NCBI GenBank assembly: GCA_009842675.1
Contig: VYEX01000077.1
Span: 44,207-108,206 of the forward strand
Reading direction: 5' to 3'
DNA length: 64,000 nt
DNA from: Acidimicrobiia bacterium
GTDB lineage: Bacteria; Actinomycetota; Acidimicrobiia; Acidimicrobiales; Bin134
The stretch's first letter is position 1. Each line of letters begins with the position of its first letter. A program made the position numbers and the translations under genes. Below are positions 48,553 to 58,766 of this stretch, in pieces. The notes under the pieces were generated by a model, which was not told the DNA's origin, made no database searches, and worked only from the letters and a program-made list of their open reading frames with translations.

Positions 48553-49584
48553 GTGGAGCGAGACAAGGCACTAGAGATGGCCCTGGGCCAGATCGAGAAG
48601 CAATTCGGCCAAGGCGCCGTAATGAAGATGGGCGAGAAGGGCGCCATGGCCATAGAGACCACCCCCACCGGGGCGCTGGCCCTCGACTTGGCACTAGGCG
48701 TCGGGGGGCTCCCCCGAGGCCGGGTGGTGGAGATCTTCGGCCCGGAGTCCTCGGGCAAGACCACCTTGGCGCTGCACGCCGTGGCCGAGGCCCAGCGGAA
48801 CGGGGGGATCTGCGCGTTCGTCGACGCCGAGCACGCCCTCGATCCGATCTACGCCAAAGCCATCGGCGTGGACGTGGACGAGCTGTTGATCTCACAGCCC
48901 GACACTGGCGAGCAGGCCCTGGAGATCACCGACATGTTGATCCGCTCGAGTGCGCTCGACGTGATCGTCATCGACTCGGTGGCCGCCCTCACCCCCCGGG
49001 CCGAGATCGAGGGGGACATGGGCGACACCCACGTGGGCCTGCAAGCCCGGCTCATGTCGCAGGCGCTGCGCAAGCTCACCGCCAACTTGAACAAGTCCAA
49101 GACGGTGTGCATCTTCATCAACCAACTGCGGGAGAAGATCGGCGTGATGTTCGGCTCTCCAGAGACCACACCAGGTGGCCGGGCGCTGAAGTTCTACTCG
49201 TCGGTCCGCCTCGACATCCGCCGCATCGAGTCCCTCAAGCAGGGGGTAGACGTAGTCGGCAACCGCACCCGGGTAAAGGTGGTCAAGAACAAGGTGGCCC
49301 CGCCGTTCCGGCAGGCCGAGTTCGACATCATGTACTCCAAGGGCATCAGCCGGGAGGGCTCGCTGCTCGATGTGGGCGTCGACCTGGACATCATCGACAA
49401 GTCCGGGGCCTGGTTCACCTACGAGGGCGAGCACCTCGGCCAGGGCCGGGACAAGGCCAAGGCGTTTCTGGGCGAGCACCCCGAGATCATGGTGGAGATC
49501 ACCGAGCGGGTGTGGAAGGCGGTGAGCCCTCAGTCTGAGGAGGAAACCGCCGAAACCGAAGAGCCAGCTGCCCAAACCGGCTAG
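48553..49584 (+). CDS. recA: Recombinase RecA (no intein)
   Basis: [41 protein letters not shown]. Confidence 0.99.
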   Translation: MERDKALEMALGQIEKQFGQGAVMKMGEKGAMAIETTPTGALALDLALGVGGLPRGRVVEIFGPESSGKTTLALHAVAEAQRNGGICAFVDAEHALDPIYAKAIGVDVDELLISQPDTGEQALEITDMLIRSSALDVIVIDSVAALTPRAEIEGDMGDTHVGLQARLMSQALRKLTANLNKSKTVCIFINQLREKIGVMFGSPETTPGGRALKFYSSVRLDIRRIESLKQGVDVVGNRTRVKVVKNKVAPPFRQAEFDIMYSKGISREGSLLDVGVDLDIIDKSGAWFTYEGEHLGQGRDKAKAFLGEHPEIMVEITERVWKAVSPQSEEETAETEEPAAQTG

Positions 49585-49630
49585 GAGGCCCACAAACCGG
49601 CCAAAAGGCCCGCAAACCGGTTAGTGGGCC
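49571..49630 (+). repeat. Three degenerate 20-bp tandem repeats over the recA stop
   Basis: CCCAAACCGGCTAGGAGGCC / CACAAACCGGCCAAAAGGCC / CGCAAACCGGTTAGTGGGCC. Confidence 0.85.
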
Positions 49631-49658
49631 ACTGGAGGCCGACAGGTAGCCTGACGGG

Positions 49659-51071
49659 GTGAGCCGCAGCTATTTCATCCGCACCTACGGGTGCCAGATG
49701 AACGAGCACGACACCGAGCGCATCGCCGGGCTGTTGGAGGCCGACGGGATGACTTCGGCCGACGCCATGGAGTCGGCCGACGTCATCGTGCTCAACACCT
49801 GCTGCATCCGCGAAAACGCCGACAACAAGCTCTATGGCCAGCTCGGCCACCTCAAACGGCTCAAGCAGCAGCGCCCCGATATGCAGATCGCGGTGGCTGG
49901 CTGTCTGGCCCAGAAGGACCGGGATCTGATCCAGGAGCGGGCCGACCACGTGGACGTGGTATTCGGCACCCACAACGTTCACCGGGCTGCGGAACTGATC
50001 GGAGCTGCGGCCGACGGACCCATCATCGAGATTCTGGAAGCGGCGGTCGAGGACGACCGCGACAGCTTCCCCTCCGCTTTGCCGGTGCGCCGCGACGCCC
50101 CCTACGCGGCGTGGATGACCATCCAGGTGGGCTGCGACAACTCGTGCGCCTTCTGCATCGTGCCGGCGGTGCGGGGCGCTGAGATCAGCCGTCCCCTGGA
50201 GCTGCTGGTGGACGAGGCCACCGACCTCGTCGAGGGCGGGGTCACCGAGATCACATTGTTGGGCCAGAACGTGAATTCCTACGGCCGCGATCTCCAGCGG
50301 GACCGCCGCCAAGCTGGCGAGAAGGTATCGCTGCGGCCGCTGTTTGCCGACCTGCTCCGGGCGGTGGGCGCGGTGGACGGCATCGAGCGGATCCGCTTCA
50401 CCAGCCCCCATCCAAAAGACCTGCGGCCCGAGACCATCGAGGCCATGGCCGAGGTGCCCGCGGTGTGCGAGCACCTCCACCTCCCCCTGCAATCGGGCAG
50501 CGACCGGGTGCTGGCCGCCATGCACCGGGGCTACACCGCCGAGCGGTATCTCGATCGGCTGCATGCCGCCCGGGAATCGGTCGGCGACCTGGCCGTGTCC
50601 ACCGACATCATCGTGGGATTTCCCGGCGAGACCGAGGACGACTTCGAGCAGACCCTGCTGGTGGCCGCCGAGGCGGAGTACGACTCGGCGTTCACCTTCG
50701 TGTTCTCGCCCCGCCCGGGCACCGAGGCGGCTGAGATGGCCGACCAGTATTGCGATCCCGACGAGGTGCGGGATCGCTTCGAGCGGCTCCGGGCAGTGGT
50801 GGAGCGCTCCAGCCGCCGGGGGAATCAGGCCCGGGTCGGTTGCCGCGAGGAAGTGGTGGTGGAAGGCCCGTCCAAGAAGGACCCGGGCCTGCTCACCGGG
50901 CGCACCCGCCAGAACCGCCTGGTGCACTTCCCCTCCTCGCAGAAGCTGAAGCCGGGAACCTTCGCCAAGGTAGACGTGACCGCGGCGGGCGCCCACCACC
51001 TGCGGGGTGAGCTGGCAGAGGTCACCGCGCCTCCCCGGTGGCGCACCCGGATCCCGGTGGCTGCGCTCTGA
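49659..51071 (+). CDS. miaB: tRNA methylthiotransferase MiaB
   Basis: TYGCQMN, GCDNSCAFCIVP, FTSPHP, TRAM domain; TAGCCT 6 nt upstream. Confidence 0.97.
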   Translation: MSRSYFIRTYGCQMNEHDTERIAGLLEADGMTSADAMESADVIVLNTCCIRENADNKLYGQLGHLKRLKQQRPDMQIAVAGCLAQKDRDLIQERADHVDVVFGTHNVHRAAELIGAAADGPIIEILEAAVEDDRDSFPSALPVRRDAPYAAWMTIQVGCDNSCAFCIVPAVRGAEISRPLELLVDEATDLVEGGVTEITLLGQNVNSYGRDLQRDRRQAGEKVSLRPLFADLLRAVGAVDGIERIRFTSPHPKDLRPETIEAMAEVPAVCEHLHLPLQSGSDRVLAAMHRGYTAERYLDRLHAARESVGDLAVSTDIIVGFPGETEDDFEQTLLVAAEAEYDSAFTFVFSPRPGTEAAEMADQYCDPDEVRDRFERLRAVVERSSRRGNQARVGCREEVVVEGPSKKDPGLLTGRTRQNRLVHFPSSQKLKPGTFAKVDVTAAGAHHLRGELAEVTAPPRWRTRIPVAAL

Positions 51072-52021
51072 GCAGTTCCCCGCCCTCCGATGCCGTCGGC
51101 GCGCCGGGCGCGCTGGCCATCGTCGGGGTCACCGCCACCGGCAAATCGACGGTGGCGATGGCCATTGCCCGCCGACTGGGAAATGCCGAGATCATCTCGG
51201 TCGACTCCATGCAGGTGTACCGGGAGATGGACATCGGCACCGACAAGCCCCCCGTCGCGGTGCGAGCCGAGGTGCCCCACCACCTGATCGACGTGGCCGA
51301 CCCCTCAGAGGACTTCTCCCTGACCATGTTCCAAGCCGCCGCCCGCCAGGCCCGGGCTGATATCGCAACCAGAGGCCGCACCGCGGTGCTGGTAGGGGGC
51401 ACTGGGCTGTACCACCGGGCGGTGATCGACGACCTGGACATACCGGGTCGTTTTCCGGAGACGGCGGCGGAATTGGAGGAGGAGCTCGACACCGAGGCTC
51501 TGCACCGTCGCTTGGTTGAGCTCGACCCGCTGGCCGCCTCCCGCATGGAGTCCACCAACCGCCGGCGAATCGTGCGGGCCCTGGAGGTGACGGTGGGCAG
51601 CGGCCGGCCGTTCTCCTCCTACGGGCCGGGGTTGGGCGACTATCCGCCTTGCGACATCGCTCAGATCGGCCTATCGCTGTCGCGTGCCGAGATCGACCAC
51701 CGCATCGAACAGCGATACCACCAGCAGATGGAAGCCGGTTTCCTAGCAGAGGTGGAGGCGCTGGCCCACCGCCAGCCGCCGCTGTCGCGCACCGCATCTC
51801 AGGCCCTGGGCTACAAGGAGTTGTTGGGGCATCTCAACGGTGAGATGTCACTAGACGAGGCGCTGGACTTGGCCATCGCCCGCACTCGGAAGTTCGCCCG
51901 CCGCCAAGAGCGCTGGTTTAGGCGCGACCCCCGCATCGTCTGGCTCAACGCTGATGACGACGTCGAGGCGCTGGTCGACGAAGCGCTCTCCCGCACAGCC
52001 CAGCACGAGTCCCCAGGCTGA
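51038..52021 (+). CDS. miaA: tRNA dimethylallyltransferase MiaA (start uncertain)
   Basis: GVTATGKS, DSMQVYREMDIGTDKP, VGGTGLY. Confidence 0.96.
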   Translation: MAHPDPGGCALSSSPPSDAVGAPGALAIVGVTATGKSTVAMAIARRLGNAEIISVDSMQVYREMDIGTDKPPVAVRAEVPHHLIDVADPSEDFSLTMFQAAARQARADIATRGRTAVLVGGTGLYHRAVIDDLDIPGRFPETAAELEEELDTEALHRRLVELDPLAASRMESTNRRRIVRALEVTVGSGRPFSSYGPGLGDYPPCDIAQIGLSLSRAEIDHRIEQRYHQQMEAGFLAEVEALAHRQPPLSRTASQALGYKELLGHLNGEMSLDEALDLAIARTRKFARRQERWFRRDPRIVWLNADDDVEALVDEALSRTAQHESPG

Positions 52022-52070
52022 GACCGAAATGGTGCGCGGCGCAGGGCCCAGAACTTGTCAGACTGGAGCG

Positions 52071-52866
52071 ATGCAGCTGACCAAGCACCACGGCTTGGGA
52101 AACGACTTTTTGATCGCCCTGGCCGACGCGCTGCCCGCCGACGCCCCGGCGATGGCCGAAGCGGCGTGCCATCGTACCCGCGGCGTGGGCGCCGACGGGC
52201 TTATCTTCGGCTTGCCCGGTGATGCCGGCGCGGGCACCGACGTCACGATGGTGCTGTTCAACGCCGACGGGTCCCGGGCCGAGATGAGCGGCAACGGCAT
52301 CCGCTGTTTGGCCCATGCGTTCGTCCAACACGACGACCGCGGCACCAACCGAGAGCTGTCCATCGGCACCGACGCCGGCATTCGAACCGTGAGCGTTGAA
52401 TCCACCGCCGATCCCACCGTGGTCCAGGCTCGCGTGGACATGGGGCCGATCGGCCCGGGCCCCAATCTGGAAGACGGAGAGGTCGCCCACTACCTCCGCA
52501 ATTACGGCTTCGCCGACCACTTCTTCACCGCTGACGTGGGCAATCCCCATCTGGTGGTGGGAGTCAACGATGTGCAGCTGATCGACGTGGCCCGGAACGG
52601 ATCGGAGCTCTCCCGTTTGGCCGGTGGGATCAACGTGGAATTCATCAGCGCCACCTCCGTCGGAATCGACATGCGGGTGTGGGAACGAGGGGTAGGGGTG
52701 ACCGAGGCGTGCGGGACCGGTGCGTGCGCCGCCGCCCAGGCAGCCCACCACTGGGGGCTGGTCGGCCCGGTGGTCTCAGTGTCGATGCCCGGCGGCGATG
52801 TAGTGGTGAAGCTGGGCGACACCGCCGTGCTGACCGGTCCATCCCAATACATCGCGACGGTGGACT

Positions 52867-52874
<8 letters not shown>
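52071..52874 (+). CDS. dapF: Diaminopimelate epimerase
   Basis: KHHGLGNDF, EMSGNGIRC, GNPH, ERGVGVTEACGTGACA. Confidence 0.95.
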
Positions 52875-54176
<1,302 letters not shown>

Positions 54177-54177
<1 letters not shown>

Positions 54178-55310
54178 TGGCAGGCTTCGTTCCCCCTCCC
54201 TATCCCTACGACCGTCTCGACGAGCTGCGGGCGGTGGCCGACCGCTTCGACGGCCGCTGCGTCGACCTGTCGGTGGGGGCGCCGTCTGACCCGCCTCCCC
54301 CGGAGGTGGTGACCGCCCTATCGACCTCCAACGCCGAGCGAGGCTACCCGGCGTCTGTCGGCTCTCCCGCCTACCGGGAGGCTGCCCTGGGCTGGCTGAC
54401 CCGCCGATTCGGCATCGACACCGGAGAAACGGCGCTGGCGGCCTGCGTGGGCACCAAGGAGTTCGTGGCCTCGGTTCCCCACTATCTGCGACTGCGGTAC
54501 CCAAGCCGCGACACCGTGCTGTTTCCCGCGATCTCCTATCCCACCTATGCCATGGGTGCGGAACTGGCCGGGTGCCGGGCCGTTCCGGTGGCCGTGGACC
54601 ACCAGTGGTGTCTCGAACTCGATTCGATAGACCCCGACGATGCCGCTCGCGCCCTGTGCCTTTGGGTCAACACTCCGGGCAACCCCGCCGGAGGCCTTGA
54701 AGATCTGGCCGCCATCGCCCAGTGGGGCCGGGACCGAGGCGTTCCGGTGTTCAGCGACGAGTGCTATATCGAGTTCACCTGGGGGGCCGATGCCGGTGCC
54801 AGCATTTTGCACCACGGCGCCCAGGGAGTGATGGCGGTCCACTCTTTGTCCAAGCGGTCGAACATGGCCGGGATCAGGGCGGGTTTTTTTGCCGGCGACC
54901 CCGATCTGGTCGGCTACTTGTCGGAGGTTCGCAAGCACGCCGGGATGATGGTTCCTGCTCCGGCGCAGGCTGCCGCGGTGGTCGCATTCAACGACGACGC
55001 CCATGTCGACGCCCAGAGGGCCGTCTACACCACTCGGCTGAACCGCCTGCGAGAGCTCTTCTCGACCTATGACGCCGAGGTGGCCCTGCCCGGCGGGGGG
55101 CTTTATCTGTGGGCCGCGTCTCCCGACGGAGACGGCTGGGCGCTGGCCCGCCGGGTGGCCGAGGAAATGGGGGCGCTGGCCAGTCCCGGGGAGTTCTACG
55201 GTCCATCGGGCCAAGGCCACATCCGGGTGGCCGCCGTGGCCCCCGATGCCCGAATCGATCTGCTTGAACAGCGTATGGCCGCCCGGCGCGGCGATACCGT
55301 GAGGAAGTGA
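54177..55310 (+). CDS. dapC: N-succinyl-diaminopimelate aminotransferase
   Basis: PLP class I motifs SDECY and SLSKRSNMAG; adjacent to dapD and dapE. Confidence 0.88.
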
Positions 55311-56143
55311 GCAATAGCATGAGCGATCTGCAAGCCCGGATTGAGGCGCTGTGGGCCGACCGGACACCGATCACCGAGGGCGATGGTGAGGCTCGAGCGG
55401 CAGTGACCGAGGCCATCGGCCTGCTCGACGCCGGCGAGGCCCGGGTGGCCGAGGTGAACGGTGACGGCGAGGTGGTGGTGAACCAATGGCTCAAGCAGGC
55501 CATCCTGCTGCTGTTCTCCATGGCCGAGATGGAGACCATGGAGCTGGGCCCGTTTGAGTACGCCGACAAGATCCCCCTCAAGACCGACTATCAGGCCGCC
55601 GGTGTCCGAGTGGTGCCCGGGGCGTCGGCCCGCTGGGGATCGTTCTTGGACCGGGGCGTGATCATGATGCCCAGCTACGTGAACATTGGCGCCCGAGTGG
55701 GGGCCAACACCATGGTCGACACCTGGGCCACCGTGGGATCGTGCGCTCAGATCGGGGCCAACGTCCACCTGTCGGGCGGCGTGGGGATCGGCGGGGTTTT
55801 GGAGCCCCCGCAGGCCGCCCCGGTGATCGTGGGCGACGACTGCCTGATCGGCAGCCGCTGCATCGTGGCCGATGGCGCCCGGGTGGGCGACGGCGTGGTG
55901 CTGGGGGCTGGCTGCGTGCTCACCGGCTCGATCCCGGTCATCGACGCAGCCACCGGCGAGGAATTGGGCCGAGGAGTGGTGCCCGACTGGTGTGTGGCGG
56001 TGTCGGCCACCCGGTCTCGCACCTTCGACGGGGGGACGTTTGGAATGCCATGCGTGCTGGTGATCAAGCATCTGGAGGCCGGCGAGCGCCACGACAAGGC
56101 CCAACTGAACGCCGTATTACGCGACCATGGAGCTGCGACCTAA
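55307..56143 (+). CDS. dapD: Tetrahydrodipicolinate N-succinyltransferase (start 55307 or 55319)
   Basis: WLKQAILL, DKIPLK, MPSYVNIGA, DTWATVGSCAQIG, GGVLEPPQA. Confidence 0.96.
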   Translation: MSNSMSDLQARIEALWADRTPITEGDGEARAAVTEAIGLLDAGEARVAEVNGDGEVVVNQWLKQAILLLFSMAEMETMELGPFEYADKIPLKTDYQAAGVRVVPGASARWGSFLDRGVIMMPSYVNIGARVGANTMVDTWATVGSCAQIGANVHLSGGVGIGGVLEPPQAAPVIVGDDCLIGSRCIVADGARVGDGVVLGAGCVLTGSIPVIDAATGEELGRGVVPDWCVAVSATRSRTFDGGTFGMPCVLVIKHLEAGERHDKAQLNAVLRDHGAAT

Positions 56144-56221
56144 TGGCGCTTTATCCACAGGCTGGCCTCTTCAACAGGCGCGCGGCTTCCCACACGGCGA
56201 GAATCGTTACCGGAGTAGGCC

Positions 56222-57286
56222 GTGAGCGCTGATTTGCTGGCCAAGGCGGCCGAGCTGATCGACGTCGCCTCGGTGTCTTACCACGAGAGCGAAATCGCCG
56301 ATCTCATTGAGGAGAGGCTGAGCGCCGTGCCCGGCCTCACCGTGGACCGTGTGGGCGACAACGTGGTAGCCCGGACCGATTTGAGCCGACCTCTGCGGGT
56401 GCTGATCGGCGGCCACAGCGACACCGTGCCTCCCAACGACAACGCGGTCGCCCGCATCGAGGGCGACGTGCTGTGGGGCCTGGGAGCCGCCGACATGAAA
56501 TCAGCGCTGGCGGTGATCCTGGAGCTGGCTGCCGAGGTGGCCGAGCCGACGGTGGATGTGACGTGGCTGTTCTACGCCCGAGAGGAGGTCCGCGTCGCCG
56601 ACAGCGGACTGCGGGAGCTGTTCGATGTGCGCCCCGACCTGCTGGCCGCCGATGTGGCCCTTCTGGGCGAGCCCACCGGGGGAGCGGTGGAGGCCGGATG
56701 CCAGGGTTCCATGCGGGCCGTAGTCACGCTGGCCGGCGCCCGGGCCCACACCGCCCGGCCCTGGATGGGGGTCAATGCCATCCACCGGCTGGGATCGGTG
56801 CTCAGGCTGGCCGAGGATTACGAGCCCCGCGAACCGGTGATCGACGGCTGCCAGTACCGGGAGTCGCTTCAGGCGGTGGCGGTGGAGGGCGGTGTGGCCG
56901 GCAACGTGGTGCCCGACCGGGCCCAGGTAACCCTGGGCTATCGCTACGCCCCCGACCGCGGTCCCGCCGAAGCCGAGGACATCCTGCGAGAGATGGTGGC
57001 GCCCCTGCTGGGCGACGACGACCGCTTCGAGGTAACCGAGCACGCGCCGGCTGCCCCGCCGGGGTTGGGCCACCCGGTGCTGCAACGGCTCATCGCCGAC
57101 AACGAACTGGAGATCAAGGCCAAGCTGGGATGGACCGACGTGGCCTTTTTTGCCGAGCGGGGCATACCCGCGGCCAACTTCGGGCCGGGGGAATCGACCT
57201 TGGCCCACACCGCCGAGGAGCGGGTTGACCGGGCCGCGTTGGAGGCCTACCACCGCGCCCTGCAAGGGGTACTCACCGCCGGGTGA
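56222..57286 (+). CDS. dapE: Succinyl-diaminopimelate desuccinylase
   Basis: GHSDTVP, GAADMKS, EE, HTARPWMGVNAIH, GWTDV. Confidence 0.95.
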   Translation: MSADLLAKAAELIDVASVSYHESEIADLIEERLSAVPGLTVDRVGDNVVARTDLSRPLRVLIGGHSDTVPPNDNAVARIEGDVLWGLGAADMKSALAVILELAAEVAEPTVDVTWLFYAREEVRVADSGLRELFDVRPDLLAADVALLGEPTGGAVEAGCQGSMRAVVTLAGARAHTARPWMGVNAIHRLGSVLRLAEDYEPREPVIDGCQYRESLQAVAVEGGVAGNVVPDRAQVTLGYRYAPDRGPAEAEDILREMVAPLLGDDDRFEVTEHAPAAPPGLGHPVLQRLIADNELEIKAKLGWTDVAFFAERGIPAANFGPGESTLAHTAEERVDRAALEAYHRALQGVLTAG

Positions 57287-57367
57287 AATACCGGCTTGGA
57301 ATTTGTAAACGGCCAGCTAAACAGCCATATTCGGGGCAACTGTCACCCCGGTCTGGACAATGGACGC

Positions 57368-57667
57368 ATGGCTTTACCCATGTGCGAACAACCTCCGGTC
57401 CGGCCCGCCTTGACCCTGGTATCTGGCTGCCCGACGCCCCGGCATCGCCCTCCGGCCGTGGCGCGGCTGCCCGCTTCGGTGTACTGGTTTCGAAGAGCGC
57501 TGGCTGTATCCGTCCTGTTTCTTGTGCTGTGGGCCAGTTCTTTCCTGGCTGGCAAGCTCCACTGGTCGCTATCCCCTGAAGGCCCGGCCGCAGGGCTGCC
57601 CCAGTCAGAGCCCGCCTACGTGATCGTGGACGACACCGCTCTGCGGGTCAGCTCCGGCGGCCGATAG
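57368..57667 (+). CDS. Small membrane protein, ChiZ/YneA-like architecture without an intact LysM domain
   Basis: VYWFRR plus TM helix, Pro-rich linker, YVIVDDT; TGTCAC motif upstream. Confidence 0.55.
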   Translation: MALPMCEQPPVRPALTLVSGCPTPRHRPPAVARLPASVYWFRRALAVSVLFLVLWASSFLAGKLHWSLSPEGPAAGLPQSEPAYVIVDDTALRVSSGGR

Positions 57668-57681
57668 CTGCTTGGAGCCGG

Positions 57682-58416
57682 TCAATGGGCGAGGTAGCGC
57701 AGAAACAGGGTGTGGTCTTGGGCCAGCACTCGATCCAGGCGAAGCTGCTGGAGCCGGGCTGGCGCGCCCTTGGCCATCCTCGAGGAGTCGCCGCCGGCCA
57801 GCGTCGGCGAGATCGTCCAGCACACTTCGTCCAGAAGCCCCGCGGCCAACAGCTGCCCGTTGAGAGTGGGCCCGCCTTCGGCCAACACCACAGAGGCGCC
57901 CAGCTGTCCGATCCGGGCCATCGCCGTGGTCAGGTCCACCCGGTCGGTGCCCATGCGATGGACCTCGGCCACCACCTCGGCCTGGGCCAGCCTGTCGGCG
58001 GGCGGCTCGGTCACGGTGAACAGCAGCGGCGGCGGGCTGTCGCCGAAAACCGGGGCGGTGAAGTCCAAGTCCAGCGAGCGGCTCACCACGGCCAAGCGGG
58101 GACGGGGCGCCTGGTTGCGGGTGGCTCGGTCAGCGGCCGCTTCCGGGCTGGACTTGGGCGGCCCGTAGCCCTCGCGCCGCACCGTCTCGGCGGCCACCAC
58201 CACCACATCGGCCACCGACCGGATGGCCGCGAACACCCGCCGGTCCACGGGGCTCGACAGGCTTGCCGACACCCCGTCGGCCGACGTGGCGCCGTCGGCC
58301 GAGGTGACCATGTTCAGCATCAGCCACGGGCGGTCGGGGTGCGGGATGCGGCTGTCGGACGCATAGAGCGCGACCGGGTCGACGTCGGAGACGAACCGAG
58401 GAAACAGCTGATCCAC
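57682..58416 (-). CDS. RibD C-terminal/DHFR-like pyrimidine reductase family protein
   Basis: NMVTSADGA, DRRVF, TVRREGY, EGGPTLNG, LLDE. Confidence 0.9.
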   Translation of the reverse strand: MDQLFPRFVSDVDPVALYASDSRIPHPDRPWLMLNMVTSADGATSADGVSASLSSPVDRRVFAAIRSVADVVVVAAETVRREGYGPPKSSPEAAADRATRNQAPRPRLAVVSRSLDLDFTAPVFGDSPPPLLFTVTEPPADRLAQAEVVAEVHRMGTDRVDLTTAMARIGQLGASVVLAEGGPTLNGQLLAAGLLDEVCWTISPTLAGGDSSRMAKGAPARLQQLRLDRVLAQDHTLFLRYLAH

Positions 58417-58538
58417 GTGCTGTCGACGGTAGCAGGCAGATCAGTTCGCCACGTCTTGAGAAATTCACCTGAAATCCACAGGGAATCCCCCTTATCCTCC
58501 TTACGGTCCACAGGCCCGATGCTCTACCGTGACCTATT

Positions 58539-58699
58539 GCTGCGGTGTGAGTGGCCGGAATGGTGGCTGACGCCGACGACCATAGTGGGGTTCAGGCGAC
58601 TCCTTGAGGGGTCCAGCCCGTTGTTTGGGCGGGCTGGCGTGTCAGGTGCAGGCACGCCTCATGAAGAGGCTCCTTTGACCTGGCCGCTCACGCCGCAGC
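58539..58699 (+). ncRNA. Candidate structured RNA (6S-like rod, or nrdJ leader)
   Basis: 20-bp closing stem 58539-58558/58680-58699 with 3 G-U pairs; nested stems; TACCGT -10 at 58525-58530. Confidence 0.6.
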
Positions 58700-58766
58700 C
58701 TCATTCGAGCAAGGATAAAATGAACGCGGTATGCGCCATAAGAGCTGCATCCGTTGAGGAGTGCTG

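Noticed and set aside
55298-55330. Possible duplication at dapC/dapD (GTGAGCAAT/ATGAGCGAT)
   Set aside because: Too short to distinguish from chance.
58417-58766. Cobalamin riboswitch or NrdR boxes upstream of nrdJ
   Set aside because: No recognisable B12-box or GGGAA..GGTG.AA.TCC core, and no AT-rich NrdR palindrome seen.
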